Shown: positions 1 through 9,639, counted from the stretch's first letter. The stretch: 32,000 nucleotides of DNA from Candidatus Bathyarchaeota archaeon (GCA_963838505.1 CAWIRG010000018.1:3147-35146), one strand, 5' to 3'. Notes: generated from the letters alone by a model not told the origin. Program-made: numbers and translations.

Positions 1-97
1 CTTTTCCTGTTTGAGCGTTCTGCAGGGCGGAACTGGCGCCGAGGGAAACCTTGCCGGTTTTCACAGCTGAAGTTATTGCCTTGCCTACATCAATCAT
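1..97 (-). CDS. rpl30e: 50S ribosomal protein L30e, N-terminal fragment; the gene runs off the window start
   Basis: The minus-strand ATG (97..95) overlaps the rpoA TGA stop as ATGA. Hand translation gives MIDVGKAITSAVKTGKVSLGASSALQNAQTGK, which is L30e-like. Its position directly downstream of rpoA is the usual archaeal order. Confidence 0.55.
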   Translation of the reverse strand, partial: MIDVGKAITSAVKTGKVSLGASSALQNAQTGK

Positions 98-3000
98 TTC
101 TTTTTCTCCTTCTTCTCAAAATTTGACATGAACAGCTCGACCAATCCAGTGCCGATCGGTATCGACTGGCCGACTATTACGTTTTCCGTTACTCCAGCGA
201 GCGGGTCACTTTCACCTTTGACAGCGGCTTCAACTATGTTCGGAACTGTTATTTCGAACGCGGCTCTGGCTAGTACACTTGATTTCTTTCCGCTTATGCC
301 ATGTCTGCCTATCTGCTGAACTTCGCCCGTGGAAGTCATCATGTCGGCTACGAGCATCACATGGCGATTGTCAACGTCTAATCCTTGCTCTTCCAGAACG
401 CCTTTAGCCTCATTGACTAGAGCGTTCCTCGAAGCTTCAATGCCGATGGTCTTAGCGATTTCATGGACGTTGTTGGTTGTCGTCCTCGAAGTGTCCACTC
501 CAGGAACTTCCAGAACTTTGGGCAGGTTCGAACCATCAGTATTGATGACCCATTCGCCATGTTCTTCGCTTACCAGCACTCGCTTAATGCCGGGCACACC
601 TTTCACATGGAACACCGATACTTTGCCGAGCATTTTTTTGATGGTTTCTGCTTTCTTAGGTTGTATGCGAATGGTGTTTCCTCTCATCTTTGTGGTGCAG
701 TTGGGTATTTGCAGCCGGTCCTTCAGCTCCTCCACGGCTATCGCACGATCCTCCATCATCGTCTTGTTGAGTTCAATCACGATCTCATCATTCAGGGGAT
801 CTATGTACACTGCCTCGGCCACGTTTTCCAAAGTAGTGAATATTACGTCGCGTGCAACTTTCACTGCGGCATCCCGGCTTTTTCTGTTTTCGGGGCTTAG
901 ATATATCGTCATTACTGGCGTCGAGGGAATTCTTCTTGCATCAACAATTTCAATCAGCCTCGGCAACCCCAGAGTCACGTTCTGCTCCTTGACTCCAGCG
1001 TAGTGGAACGTTCTCAGCGTCATCTGAGTGCCAGGCTCGCCGATTGACTGGGCTGCAACAATGCCGACGGCTTCTCCTGGTTCCATCAGAGCATGTTTGT
1101 AATGCTCTACCGTCAATCTGACTGCTTTCTCAACACTCGAAGTGCTGAGCTTGTGTTTTGTCAAGTTCTGTTCAAGTTCGTCCACCAGAATAGGTGTGAG
1201 TTGTCCTTTAACCTTCTCCAATTCCTTCTTGACGAATTCGGCTGATGCAGGTTTCCCTTTTTCCTTGGCAATTCTGATTTGGTCTACAAGGCGGTTTACG
1301 TTTACAGCTTTTCCATGATCACTCTTTGCCGGATCAACGCCGTCCTCGCCGTACTCGAATTGAATTATGTCGCCAGCCGAGTTTCTGACTGTTCCATCAT
1401 ATTCTAGACGTATGTGTTCGAGCGCGTTGATGAGTCTCCTCTGCATGTAACCGCTCTGCTGGGTGCGAACAGCCGTGTCGACTAGACCTTCTCTTCCGCC
1501 CATCGCATGGAAGAAAAATTCGATGACATTGAGTCCACGCTGATAAGATGCGTAGACAAAACCTCTTGCTTCTGGACGTTGGTCACCTGCCTTGAAGTGG
1601 GGCAAGGCGCGATCCCTGTAGCCACGGAGAATTCTTTTTCCTCGTACGGCCTGTTGTCCGACGCAAGCGCTTATCTGGCCTATGTTTAGGCTGGAACCTC
1701 TTGCGCCTGTCCGCGTCATTACGATTCCCGAGTTTTCCAACGTGAAATCTTCATCAGCTATTTTTCCAGATTCGTCTCTTGCCTTTGCCAGCTCGTTCAT
1801 GACGTATATTTCGAACGAGTCTTCGATTGTTTGGCCAGGAAGCCTCGGCAACGTGCCTTTCCTGTAGTTTTCGATGAACTCTTCGATTTTCTTTTCAATT
1901 CTTTCCATAGTTTTTGCTATTCTGTCCTCCGCCTTAGGGGACAAAACCAGTTCGTCGTATGAGTATGTGAAGCCTCGAATCGAAATGAAAGCCTTTAGCA
2001 TTCGGGTTGTCTTGTTAAGAAATTCTCTTCCTGCTTCTGTTCCGTAATCCTTTATTATCCTGTGAAGAAGACTCTCAGATTGCTCAGCTCCTATTGAACG
2101 CCTGTCTATGACTCCGCTCACCAGTTCACCGTTCTTAACTACCACGTAAGCATCGTGTTGGCAGTCTTCTTCAAGACATTTTACGCATCCCTGACAGACA
2201 TTTGCCTTCAGAACGTAATTCATGTCTTTGGGCAGAAACAAGCTGAAAATGTGTTTCCCACTCCATAACGGCCTGGGAGACTTGATGCTTGGTTCAGGCA
2301 TTGGACCCTCATATTTAGCTGCCAACAACAGCTTGTTGACTTCGTTCAGCGTAAGATAATTCGCTTTTCTCGTTAGAAGGTAGGCAGAGGTTATGAAGTC
2401 ACGTATGGCACCGATGATTGGACCTCCGAACCTTGGAGACAGAATCTGATCCTGAACCTGCATGAGTAGAAGCGCTTCTGTTCTTGCTTCCTCACTTTGC
2501 GGCACGTGCAAGTTCATTTCGTCACCGTCGAAGTCCGCGTTGTATGGCGGGCAAACGCAGAGGTGAAGGCGGAACGTCTTATACGGCAAGACATGCACGT
2601 AATGAGCCATTATTGACATTCTGTGAAGTGATGGCTGACGATTAAAAATGGCGATGTCGCCATTTTTCAGGTGCCTTTCCACTACAAAGCCCAGTTCTAC
2701 GGCTTCAGCTATCTTTTCTCTGTCGACCACAAACTCGAGTCTTATCCGCTTGCCGTCTGGCCTAATTATGTAGAGTGCACCAGGGTACTTTTCAGGTCCG
2801 TTGCTGACGAATTTCCGCATTTCCTCGATGTTCCATTCGGTGACCCTCTCAGGCACAGACAAGCGCATGGCAATTTCGAGAGGAACACCGACTTCGTTTA
2901 TGTCCAGATTCGGATCTGGAGAAATCACTGTTCGAGCCGAGAAATCTACTCTCTTTCCTGAAAGGTTGCTTCTGAATCTTCCTTCCTTCCCCTTCAGCCT

Positions 3001-3915
3001 TTGTGAAAGAGTCTTGAGTGCACGTCCTGAACGGTGTCTTGCCGGAGGTATTCCAGAGGCTTCGTTATTGAAGTACGTTGTCACATGGTATTGCAGAAGC
3101 TCTGACAAGTCTTGAATTATGAGGGTTGGAGCTCCAGCGTCCATGTTTTCCTTAAGCCTCTGGTTAATCCGAATTATGTCCACGAGCTTATGGGTCAAGT
3201 CGTCTTCTGAGCGAATGCCTGATTCAAGCGTTATTGACGGCCGTACGTAAACAGGGGGAACTGGCAGAACTTGAAGAACCATCCATTCTGGCCTTGCAGT
3301 CTCAGGATTGAACCCTAGAACTTGAAGATCTTCGTTAGGTATACGCTCCATTCTCTCCCGAACCATGCTAGGCGTCAGTGGTTCTGAGCCGCTCTCAGGG
3401 ATTTGTTCGCTGAATTTAGTTGGTTTCTCAAAGGTTATTTTGAACTGCACGGCTGCACAGTGGGGACACTGTTTTCTCTTCGTTTCCTGCATAATCGTCT
3501 TGTAGACTTCGTCTGGAACCAGACCTAGGAGTTCTATGGTCTTCTCAATCTTCGCTTGCGCCTTTTTGATGGTTTCATCTGGAAGAAGTATCCGCCCGCA
3601 GTTTCGACAAGTGGACTTGAGAAGGTCGAATATTATCTTTGTGAATTCTATGTGAATTATCGGAACGGCGAGTTCGATGTGACCGAAATGGCCAGGACAG
3701 CGAATAGCTGTGTTCCCGCAGGTTTTGCATCTCTGCCTCGGCTCAAGCGTTCCAAGCCTGCCGTCCATCAGTCCAGCTGTGATTGGCGCCCCGTCCTCAT
3801 CATAAGTGTCGGGCGTTTGGATTTCAGCAACTGAAAGCTTGCGGACATCTTGAGGCGAGAACAGGCCGAAGTTTACCTCGTCTACAACCTTGTTAATTAT
3901 TTCTTCAACTGACAT
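94..3915 (-). CDS. rpoA: DNA-directed RNA polymerase largest subunit, unsplit (A' and A'' equivalents in one 1273-aa ORF)
   Basis: N-terminal zinc motifs are present (CKTCGN..CPGHFGHIEL). The catalytic NADFDGDEMN motif is present. The A''-type trigger-loop region (AAQSIGEPGTQMTLRTFHYAGV) and the C-terminal VTENVIVGQSIPIGTG lie in the same frame with no stop. The length equals A' plus A''. Confidence 0.95.
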   Translation of the reverse strand: MSVEEIINKVVDEVNFGLFSPQDVRKLSVAEIQTPDTYDEDGAPITAGLMDGRLGTLEPRQRCKTCGNTAIRCPGHFGHIELAVPIIHIEFTKIIFDLLKSTCRNCGRILLPDETIKKAQAKIEKTIELLGLVPDEVYKTIMQETKRKQCPHCAAVQFKITFEKPTKFSEQIPESGSEPLTPSMVRERMERIPNEDLQVLGFNPETARPEWMVLQVLPVPPVYVRPSITLESGIRSEDDLTHKLVDIIRINQRLKENMDAGAPTLIIQDLSELLQYHVTTYFNNEASGIPPARHRSGRALKTLSQRLKGKEGRFRSNLSGKRVDFSARTVISPDPNLDINEVGVPLEIAMRLSVPERVTEWNIEEMRKFVSNGPEKYPGALYIIRPDGKRIRLEFVVDREKIAEAVELGFVVERHLKNGDIAIFNRQPSLHRMSIMAHYVHVLPYKTFRLHLCVCPPYNADFDGDEMNLHVPQSEEARTEALLLMQVQDQILSPRFGGPIIGAIRDFITSAYLLTRKANYLTLNEVNKLLLAAKYEGPMPEPSIKSPRPLWSGKHIFSLFLPKDMNYVLKANVCQGCVKCLEEDCQHDAYVVVKNGELVSGVIDRRSIGAEQSESLLHRIIKDYGTEAGREFLNKTTRMLKAFISIRGFTYSYDELVLSPKAEDRIAKTMERIEKKIEEFIENYRKGTLPRLPGQTIEDSFEIYVMNELAKARDESGKIADEDFTLENSGIVMTRTGARGSSLNIGQISACVGQQAVRGKRILRGYRDRALPHFKAGDQRPEARGFVYASYQRGLNVIEFFFHAMGGREGLVDTAVRTQQSGYMQRRLINALEHIRLEYDGTVRNSAGDIIQFEYGEDGVDPAKSDHGKAVNVNRLVDQIRIAKEKGKPASAEFVKKELEKVKGQLTPILVDELEQNLTKHKLSTSSVEKAVRLTVEHYKHALMEPGEAVGIVAAQSIGEPGTQMTLRTFHYAGVKEQNVTLGLPRLIEIVDARRIPSTPVMTIYLSPENRKSRDAAVKVARDVIFTTLENVAEAVYIDPLNDEIVIELNKTMMEDRAIAVEELKDRLQIPNCTTKMRGNTIRIQPKKAETIKKMLGKVSVFHVKGVPGIKRVLVSEEHGEWVINTDGSNLPKVLEVPGVDTSRTTTNNVHEIAKTIGIEASRNALVNEAKGVLEEQGLDVDNRHVMLVADMMTSTGEVQQIGRHGISGKKSSVLARAAFEITVPNIVEAAVKGESDPLAGVTENVIVGQSIPIGTGLVELFMSNFEKKEKKK

Positions 3916-5685
3916 GTTACGCTTTCTCCTTCAGCTTCCAGCTTAGGCGATATACAGAGACTCATCAACTCTTGTAGCAAAAGTTTAAACGCATAGGAGA
4001 CTACTACGGGAGAGACTTTTGATTTGTCTTCACAGAGTTTGCAGACATATTTCCTTTGTTTCATGTCATAGTATGCTATGTGTCCGCAGGTTTCACAAAT
4101 GTAAAGAGTGTATTTATCAGACTCTTCCAACAGTCTGTCTCTTAGATAGCATCGCTGCTCCATGGCCAATTAGGCAGTCGCGTTCCATCTCACCGAACCT
4201 TAGACCTCCACCTCTCGCTCTTCCTTCAGTAGGTTGTCTCGTCAACATTTGAACTTGCCCTCTGGCTCGTGCGTGAATCTTGTCGGCGACCATGTGATGC
4301 AGTTTCTGATAGTGAATTACTCCGACGTAGATGTCCGCAACGAACTTTTCACCTGTCACGCCGTTATAGAAGACTTCGCTGCCAGTGTGGCTGTAAGCCT
4401 AGCTTAACAAGCTCTTTTCTGAGCTGGTCGGGTGTTTCGTTCGCAAAGGGCGTTCCATCAACAGGGCTGCCCCTCATGGAGGCCACTTTTCCAGCAAGTG
4501 ATTCTATGAACTGCCCAACTGTCATCCTTGAAGGAATCGCATGTGGGTTGATTATTATGTCAGGAACAATTCCGTCTTCAGTGAACGGCATGTCTTCTTG
4601 AGGAACTATTAGACCTATGACACCCTTCTGTCCGTGCCTAGAAGCAAACTTGTCACCAAGTTCTGGAATACGTTGATCGCGAACTCTAACTTTTACCAGC
4701 TTGCTCCCTTCTCCCGATTGCGTTATGAATATTGCATCGACGACACCTGTTTCTGAAGGCCTCATGTCTACCGAGGTATCACGCATCGAGGGACCTTTGA
4801 CTTCGAACTCTTTGTATTCTTCAAGAAATCTAGGAGGGCTTATCCTACCGATAAGGACATCGCCGCCTGTAACTGCTGACTCGAGGCCTATTATTCCGTC
4901 GGGTTCAAGCAGCCTATAATACTGTTCTCCTCTGTATCCTCGCGTCCCAGCTTCTGGCAACGTGAACTTGTCTTTCAGTCCGCCCAAGTATTGGCGGCAC
5001 TCAGCTTCATATATCCTGTAGAAGGTTGATCGGCCTAAACCTCTTTCTATCGAGGCTTTGTTGAACACGAGAGCGTCTTCCATGTTGTAGCCTTCGAAGG
5101 AGAGAACAGCCACAACGCAATTCTGGCCTGAAGGTCGGAGCTTGTAGCCCATCGTCTCCATTAAAGCCGTCTCGGCTAATGGGCACCTGTGGGTAATGCA
5201 GGATGTGTGACCTGCGAGTCTACACGTTGCTGAAAGTTTGTCGCGTATACTCCTAAGGCTTGTTTTGCCATCGCGGCTTGGTAAGAATTGCGTGGCGATT
5301 GATTGTGTTCTGCGTAAGGGATGGTTGAGGCGCAAATGCCAAGAATAGTGTATGTTGCGATTTCCAAGTGTGTATGTTCAGCGGCTAGCTCCTCCAAGCG
5401 CAATGCAACATATGCATTCTCCTCTTCTTCAGCGTCCAAATACTCTATGATGCCGTTTTTCACCAAGTCCTCCCATGACCATTCACCTGAAGCTATCTTT
5501 TCAATGTGTTCGGGTTGAAGTTTGGCAACGCCGTTTTCGACGATAATGAGAGGCCGTCTGACCCTTCCCTCGTCACAGTTGACGTATAGCTCTTCTCTTT
5601 CGCCTTGGGCTTTTGGGAAATAAGCCACGTTTACTTCTGTCGATATCTCTCCTCTTCTTCTCCTATCAATAAGCTCTCGGGCCAA
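3897..5685 (-). pseudogene. rpoB: RNA polymerase subunit B, C-terminal (B'-equivalent) portion; reading frame broken by four single-base insertions
   Basis: Four ORF fragments (5176..5685, 4364..5335, 4117..4359, 3897..4169) together give a colinear RpoB C-terminal half. Recognised segments are [28 protein letters not shown] (only in a third frame, 5184..5213), [37 protein letters not shown] and the C-terminal zinc ribbon CETCG..CKLC. Breaks are at about 5214, 5181-5183, 4395-4396 and 4146. Confidence 0.9.
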
Positions 5686-7286
5686 TTAGCTGGCGAACCG
5701 AAATACCCGATTATGTTTCCGTCAACAAAGACTTTTGACCCAGAGAGCTTCAAGGTTTCGTCTGCCTCAAGTACGGGCTGAACGCCAGAACTGAAAAGCA
5801 ACTGCTTGATCTTGTCCGGGTTTACTCCCACTGAGATGGTTGCAGACAAAGCCAGATTCTTGACGAGACCACAGTTTGATCCTTCGGGAGTTTCGTTGGG
5901 GCACAAACGTCCCCAATGGGTTGCGTGAAGGTCTCTTGCTTCAAAGTTGGGTTGACTTCTGCTCAAGGGTGATTGAAGTCTTCGTAGATGACTCAGAGTG
6001 GAGATGTGATTTGTCCTGTCTAGCAGCTGAGTTATGCCGACTCTTCCTCTTCCCCAGTTTCCAGTTGCAAGTGCATGTTGAAATCGTTCAGCGATTATTC
6101 CAGGACGAACTGCTACTGAGACGGTTATTATTGGCCCCTTCACGCCGATGCGTTCAAGCTGGTATTTTATGTCGCGTGTCAGGTTCCTGAATGCTACCCT
6201 GAAAAGGTCAGCTAGTAAGGGACCAGCAAGTCTCAGTCGCTTGTTCTTGAAGTGGTCCTTGTCATCGGTCTTTCGCCTTTCAAGTTGCAGCTCAATTGCT
6301 CTGCAAGCCATTTCACTCAAGAACAATGCCTTGTCCTTTCTGCTCTGATCTGTCCTGCCAATGTGAGGCAGAAAGTTTTTGTCTATTGCGGCCTCTGCTT
6401 TTTGGATTCTGTATTCTTCCACTTGCCCATGAGCAACACGGTTTCCCACGAACAGGATAGCATCTTTGGCATTGTCTACTCCAAGTGCTTTCTCGTAAGA
6501 AGGTTCCAGGCTAGTCTGTATGTCTTTGTCAAGAGAGATTGATTCTGCAATTTCCTTGTCTGATTCCAATCCAAGGGCACGCATCAGTACGATAAACGGA
6601 ATTTCCGACGGAACACCTGGAATTGAAACGTATATTGCTCCGTCAGACTTGATCTTTAACTCTATCCTCGCCCTGAAACCCACCGTCGTCGAAAATATCT
6701 TGGATTGATAAACAGGGGTTATTCCCTTCTCATCAATGTCAACGATGATTCGGTTCGGCGCCAAGTCTTCCATTGCGACTATTACACGTTCTGAACCGTT
6801 GACCACGAAGTAACCTCCTGGGTCATCAGGGTCTTCGCCGCACGCTATCAGTTCCTCTCTAGATAGCTGAGACAAAAAGCAAAGTTTTGATTTAAGCATG
6901 ACAGGGATGTTTCCTATGTAGACGAGTTCGGTGTCCTGTTCCCTCCCATCTATGACAGGGGTCATTTCAAGCGCTACGGGTGCCGCATAAGTTAGATTTC
7001 GAAGTCTCCCTTCCATAGGGTAGATTTCATGTTTTGTACCGTCTACTTCGGTAACGTAGGGTCCTGTTATTCTGGTCTGAGGGTCTATGATCCATATTTG
7101 ACCTAGCTTCACCTTGTAAGGGTTCTCCGGAACCTCTATGGGGATTTCGCCTATCTCATCTATCACTTCTTGAAGGCCACGGTCGATGAACTCATTGTAA
7201 GAATCAAGATGCTGCCGTACCAGGCCCTTATCCTTGAAAAAGGCATCTAGGAGTATACGTGCATTCTCGCTTGACGTTTTATCCAA
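5631..7286 (-). CDS. rpoB: RNA polymerase subunit B, N-terminal (B''-equivalent) portion
   Basis: 551-aa ORF with a TTG start preceded by GGGAG. The N-terminus AFFKDKGLVRQHLDSYNEFI and the later NWGRGRVG, LRRLQSPL and CPNETPEGSNCGLVKNL are RpoB hallmarks. It ends in a 55-nt overlap with the next rpoB fragment. Confidence 0.92.
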   Translation of the reverse strand: MDKTSSENARILLDAFFKDKGLVRQHLDSYNEFIDRGLQEVIDEIGEIPIEVPENPYKVKLGQIWIIDPQTRITGPYVTEVDGTKHEIYPMEGRLRNLTYAAPVALEMTPVIDGREQDTELVYIGNIPVMLKSKLCFLSQLSREELIACGEDPDDPGGYFVVNGSERVIVAMEDLAPNRIIVDIDEKGITPVYQSKIFSTTVGFRARIELKIKSDGAIYVSIPGVPSEIPFIVLMRALGLESDKEIAESISLDKDIQTSLEPSYEKALGVDNAKDAILFVGNRVAHGQVEEYRIQKAEAAIDKNFLPHIGRTDQSRKDKALFLSEMACRAIELQLERRKTDDKDHFKNKRLRLAGPLLADLFRVAFRNLTRDIKYQLERIGVKGPIITVSVAVRPGIIAERFQHALATGNWGRGRVGITQLLDRTNHISTLSHLRRLQSPLSRSQPNFEARDLHATHWGRLCPNETPEGSNCGLVKNLALSATISVGVNPDKIKQLLFSSGVQPVLEADETLKLSGSKVFVDGNIIGYFGSPANWPESLLIGEEEERYRQK

Positions 7287-7410
7287 TCTTGCTCATCTCC
7301 CGCAGCTTCACGTTTCGCTTCAACAGATGATATCGTTTGGATGCGGGTTTATTCAAATTTCAGATTTCCTCCACTTGTTGGGTCATTCCGACTCGAAAAA
7401 GGGTCACCAA

Positions 7411-7418
7411 TATTTAAG
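7411..7418 (-). promoter_or_regulatory. Candidate archaeal TATA box (CTTAAATA on the minus strand) upstream of rpoB
   Basis: The same octamer recurs upstream of oppD (19386..19393) and oppB (22474..22481). Here it lies about 125 nt upstream of the rpoB start. Confidence 0.25.
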
Positions 7419-7588
7419 GAGTTAGAAACGTAACTTCTTAGCTGTCTAATAAACTTTTTGTACTTTGTGACGTTTTCCATTGTTTTCCCCCCGCAGGGGA
7501 ATTCTGAAAGAACTCATGAAAGGAATATTAGCTGCATGCGGAACAAGTCAGTTGGGAGTATCAGTTGGAAGAAAGATTCAAGGCGGCA

Positions 7589-7922
7589 ATGGTCTGGCTC
7601 ATTTTGAACGGGAAGGTTGAGAAGGCTCTGGAGTTGCTTGCTAAGAGATACATGGGTGAAAGCCCCGATTGTTGAGGTTGGTCTGCCGAAGAGAAGCAAG
7701 AGAATTGCCCTAGGATGTTACAACGGCAGGAAAAGAACGATTTCAGTTTTGAACAGTGACACATTGAAAGATCCATTTGTTATTCTGCATGAGTTTTATC
7801 ATCATTTGCGAACGACTGGAGATCTTAAACATCGAGGAACTGAGAAATACGCGGATACCTTCGCGAAGGAATTCATTTCAGCATATACATCAGTGACAAT
7901 TCAGGAAGCAAGAAATCATTAA
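7589..7922 (+). pseudogene. Small HExxH-motif protein (possible zinc-metallopeptidase-like), with a 5' part shifted by one base
   Basis: ORF 7617..7922 contains HEFYHH. The upstream frame (7589..7675, MVWLILNGKVEKALELLAKRY) joins it naturally if one base near 7652 is removed. Confidence 0.4.
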
Positions 7923-7952
7923 TAAGAAAGAGTTGAAAATGTCTACTGTACG

Positions 7953-8075
7953 CAGCGGTAACCAAGCCAGGTCAAAGGTGAAGGACTCAAGATCGGTTTT
8001 GTAGGCTTGAACCAGCCCCTATGAGCCATCCTTTCCCGTAGGGGTTCGCCGGTTCAAATCCGGCCCGCTGCACCA
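7953..8075 (+). tRNA. tRNA-Leu (anticodon CAA) with an intron of about 36 nt (about 7993..8028) and an encoded CCA
   Basis: Acceptor stem GCAGCGG/CCGCTGC. Anticodon stem AAGGA/TCCTT with loop CTCAAGA, interrupted one base 3' of the anticodon. Long variable arm CCCGTAGGGG. T arm GCCGG-TTCAAAT-CCGGC. Discriminator A followed by CCA. Confidence 0.85.
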
Positions 8076-8608
8076 AACTGCAATTGGTTTACTTCAACAA
8101 GGAATTACTAGTCTACTACGGCAACCTAAGAGAAGACACGTGCATGACCGTGTGCATGATTCCACATAGGGTTCAGGAGGAGCAAAGGTGACAGCTATTG
8201 CTGTATTGCAGTTGAACACTCTCAGGAAATCCTTATATTACGATTTACGACGTGGCTTACAAAGCGAACGGTGAAAGAAACATGAAAAAGAAAATTGAAT
8301 TGGACCTAGAGAATAGAGTGCACATTTCCAACGCTGCAATGACACTTGATGATTTCGCCGTCTGCGAAGTCTTAGTTCGCAGAAGGCAGATATAGCGTGG
8401 GCGCTGCGAAGATTCACGCAAGTCTTTTTTGACGTGATGAAGTCGAGCAAACAGCGTCTCAAATGGCTGCTGCAAGAAAGACATTTACATGGTTTTGTTC
8501 GAAGCAGATGAATTCACGAACTGCCATGAAACATGGTCTTTGCTGAGAACGCTGGCGATGAGGCTTCTCGGCGCATGCCAATCCAAGAAAAAGGCAATTT
8601 GCAGGTAA

Positions 8609-9577
8609 ATGCATATATCTCTGCGAAATGTTAGAACTTTGCGCTTGCATATGGTTCAAGGCGAAATCATGATTATTGCAGATAAGATATTGAAGCTGAA
8701 GAAAGAGAAGAACGCAATAATCTTGGCACATAATTATCAAAGGAACGATGTTCAGGAAATCGCAGACTACGTTGGAGACAGCATAGAACTCAGCAGGAAA
8801 GCCATGGAAGAGAAAGACGCAAAAATAATAGTTTTCTCTGCTGTCGATTTCATGGCGGAGTCAGCGGCGATTTTGAACCCTGACAAGAAGGTGCTGCTGC
8901 CAACACTAAGTGCACGATGCCCCATGGCACAGATGCTCACGGTTGAAGAGATAAAGCGATCGAAGATGTGCCACCCCTCTGTGCCAGTAGTTCTCTATGT
9001 AAATACTTTGGCCGCGGCTAAGGCCCACTGCGACATATGCTGCACTTCAGCCAACGCTGTGGATGTGGTAGAATCGCTGGATGCTGAAACGGTGCTTTTC
9101 GGTCCAGACCGCAACCTGGCTGAATATGTTCAGAGGAAAACTGGAAAAACTGTTATTCCCATTCCTGAATGGGGGTTCTGCCCAACGCACTTGCTTTTTC
9201 AAGCTGAAGACATTCACATACTTAAGGCTCAACACCCCGAAGCCAAGGTGATGGTGCATCCTGAATGCACCTTTGAAATGCAGAAGACTGCAGACTTCGT
9301 GGGAAGCACTTCTCAGATGTGCAGGTATGCAAAGGAATGCGAAGCTGAGACTTTTATTGTAGGAACTGAAGAGGGATTACTTCATCGCCTGAGGAAAGAG
9401 AATCCTCGGAAGACGTTTCTTCTGGCGTATGAAGAGGCTGTTTGCCCAACCATGAAGTTGAACACTCTTGACAGGATTTACACGGCGTTGAAAGAAGAGA
9501 AATATGTGATTACCGTTTCTGAACCTATTGCTAAGCAGGCTAGGAAAGCCCTTGAAAGAATGTTTGAACTCAAATAG
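8609..9577 (+). CDS. nadA: Quinolinate synthase NadA; the likely true start is the ATG at 8669 (MIIADKIL)
   Basis: ILAHNYQ, VDFMAESA, CPMA, CTSANA and VHPEC motifs are in the typical NadA order. Length is about 300 aa from 8669. Confidence 0.9.
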   Translation: MHISLRNVRTLRLHMVQGEIMIIADKILKLKKEKNAIILAHNYQRNDVQEIADYVGDSIELSRKAMEEKDAKIIVFSAVDFMAESAAILNPDKKVLLPTLSARCPMAQMLTVEEIKRSKMCHPSVPVVLYVNTLAAAKAHCDICCTSANAVDVVESLDAETVLFGPDRNLAEYVQRKTGKTVIPIPEWGFCPTHLLFQAEDIHILKAQHPEAKVMVHPECTFEMQKTADFVGSTSQMCRYAKECEAETFIVGTEEGLLHRLRKENPRKTFLLAYEEAVCPTMKLNTLDRIYTALKEEKYVITVSEPIAKQARKALERMFELK

Positions 9578-9639
9578 TCGATGCAGTCGCATGGCGCGCA
9601 CGAGCTGAACCTGAGCGGCTTACAGGGGGATCGCAAGGA

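Noticed and set aside
128-3834. Plus-strand ORFs of 60-224 aa inside rpoA (for example 329..1003 and 463..900)
   Set aside because: They are antisense shadows of a strongly conserved 1273-aa gene. Their translations are low-complexity with no motifs.
3897-5685. Programmed ribosomal frameshifting or recoding in rpoB
   Set aside because: That would need four or five independent shifts within 1.6 kb, with no shared slippery motif or downstream structure. Similar breaks occur in unrelated genes across the window, so indel error is the simpler explanation.
7349-7483. The 44-aa minus-strand ORF upstream of rpoB as a possible rpoH
   Set aside because: Its translation (MENVTKYKKFIRQLRSYVSNSLNIGDPFSSRNDPTSGGNLKFE) and the neighbouring frames lack the RpoH/Rpb5 pattern (H.LVP.H, GD..KI.R.S.TAG).
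7514-7776. Minus-strand ORFs of 61 and 71 aa
   Set aside because: They overlap the better-supported plus-strand HExxH gene, have no motifs and have odd composition.
8437-8546. Possible C/D-box sRNA (GTGATGA at about 8438, CTGA at about 8543)
   Set aside because: The box spacing of about 105 nt is too long, and no convincing internal D'/C' boxes or terminal stem were found.
8238-8740. Minus-strand ORFs of 74-93 aa between the tRNA and nadA
   Set aside because: They overlap one another, are Cys/Arg-rich, and the last runs into the nadA start region. They are more likely non-coding or the antisense of a decayed plus-strand gene.
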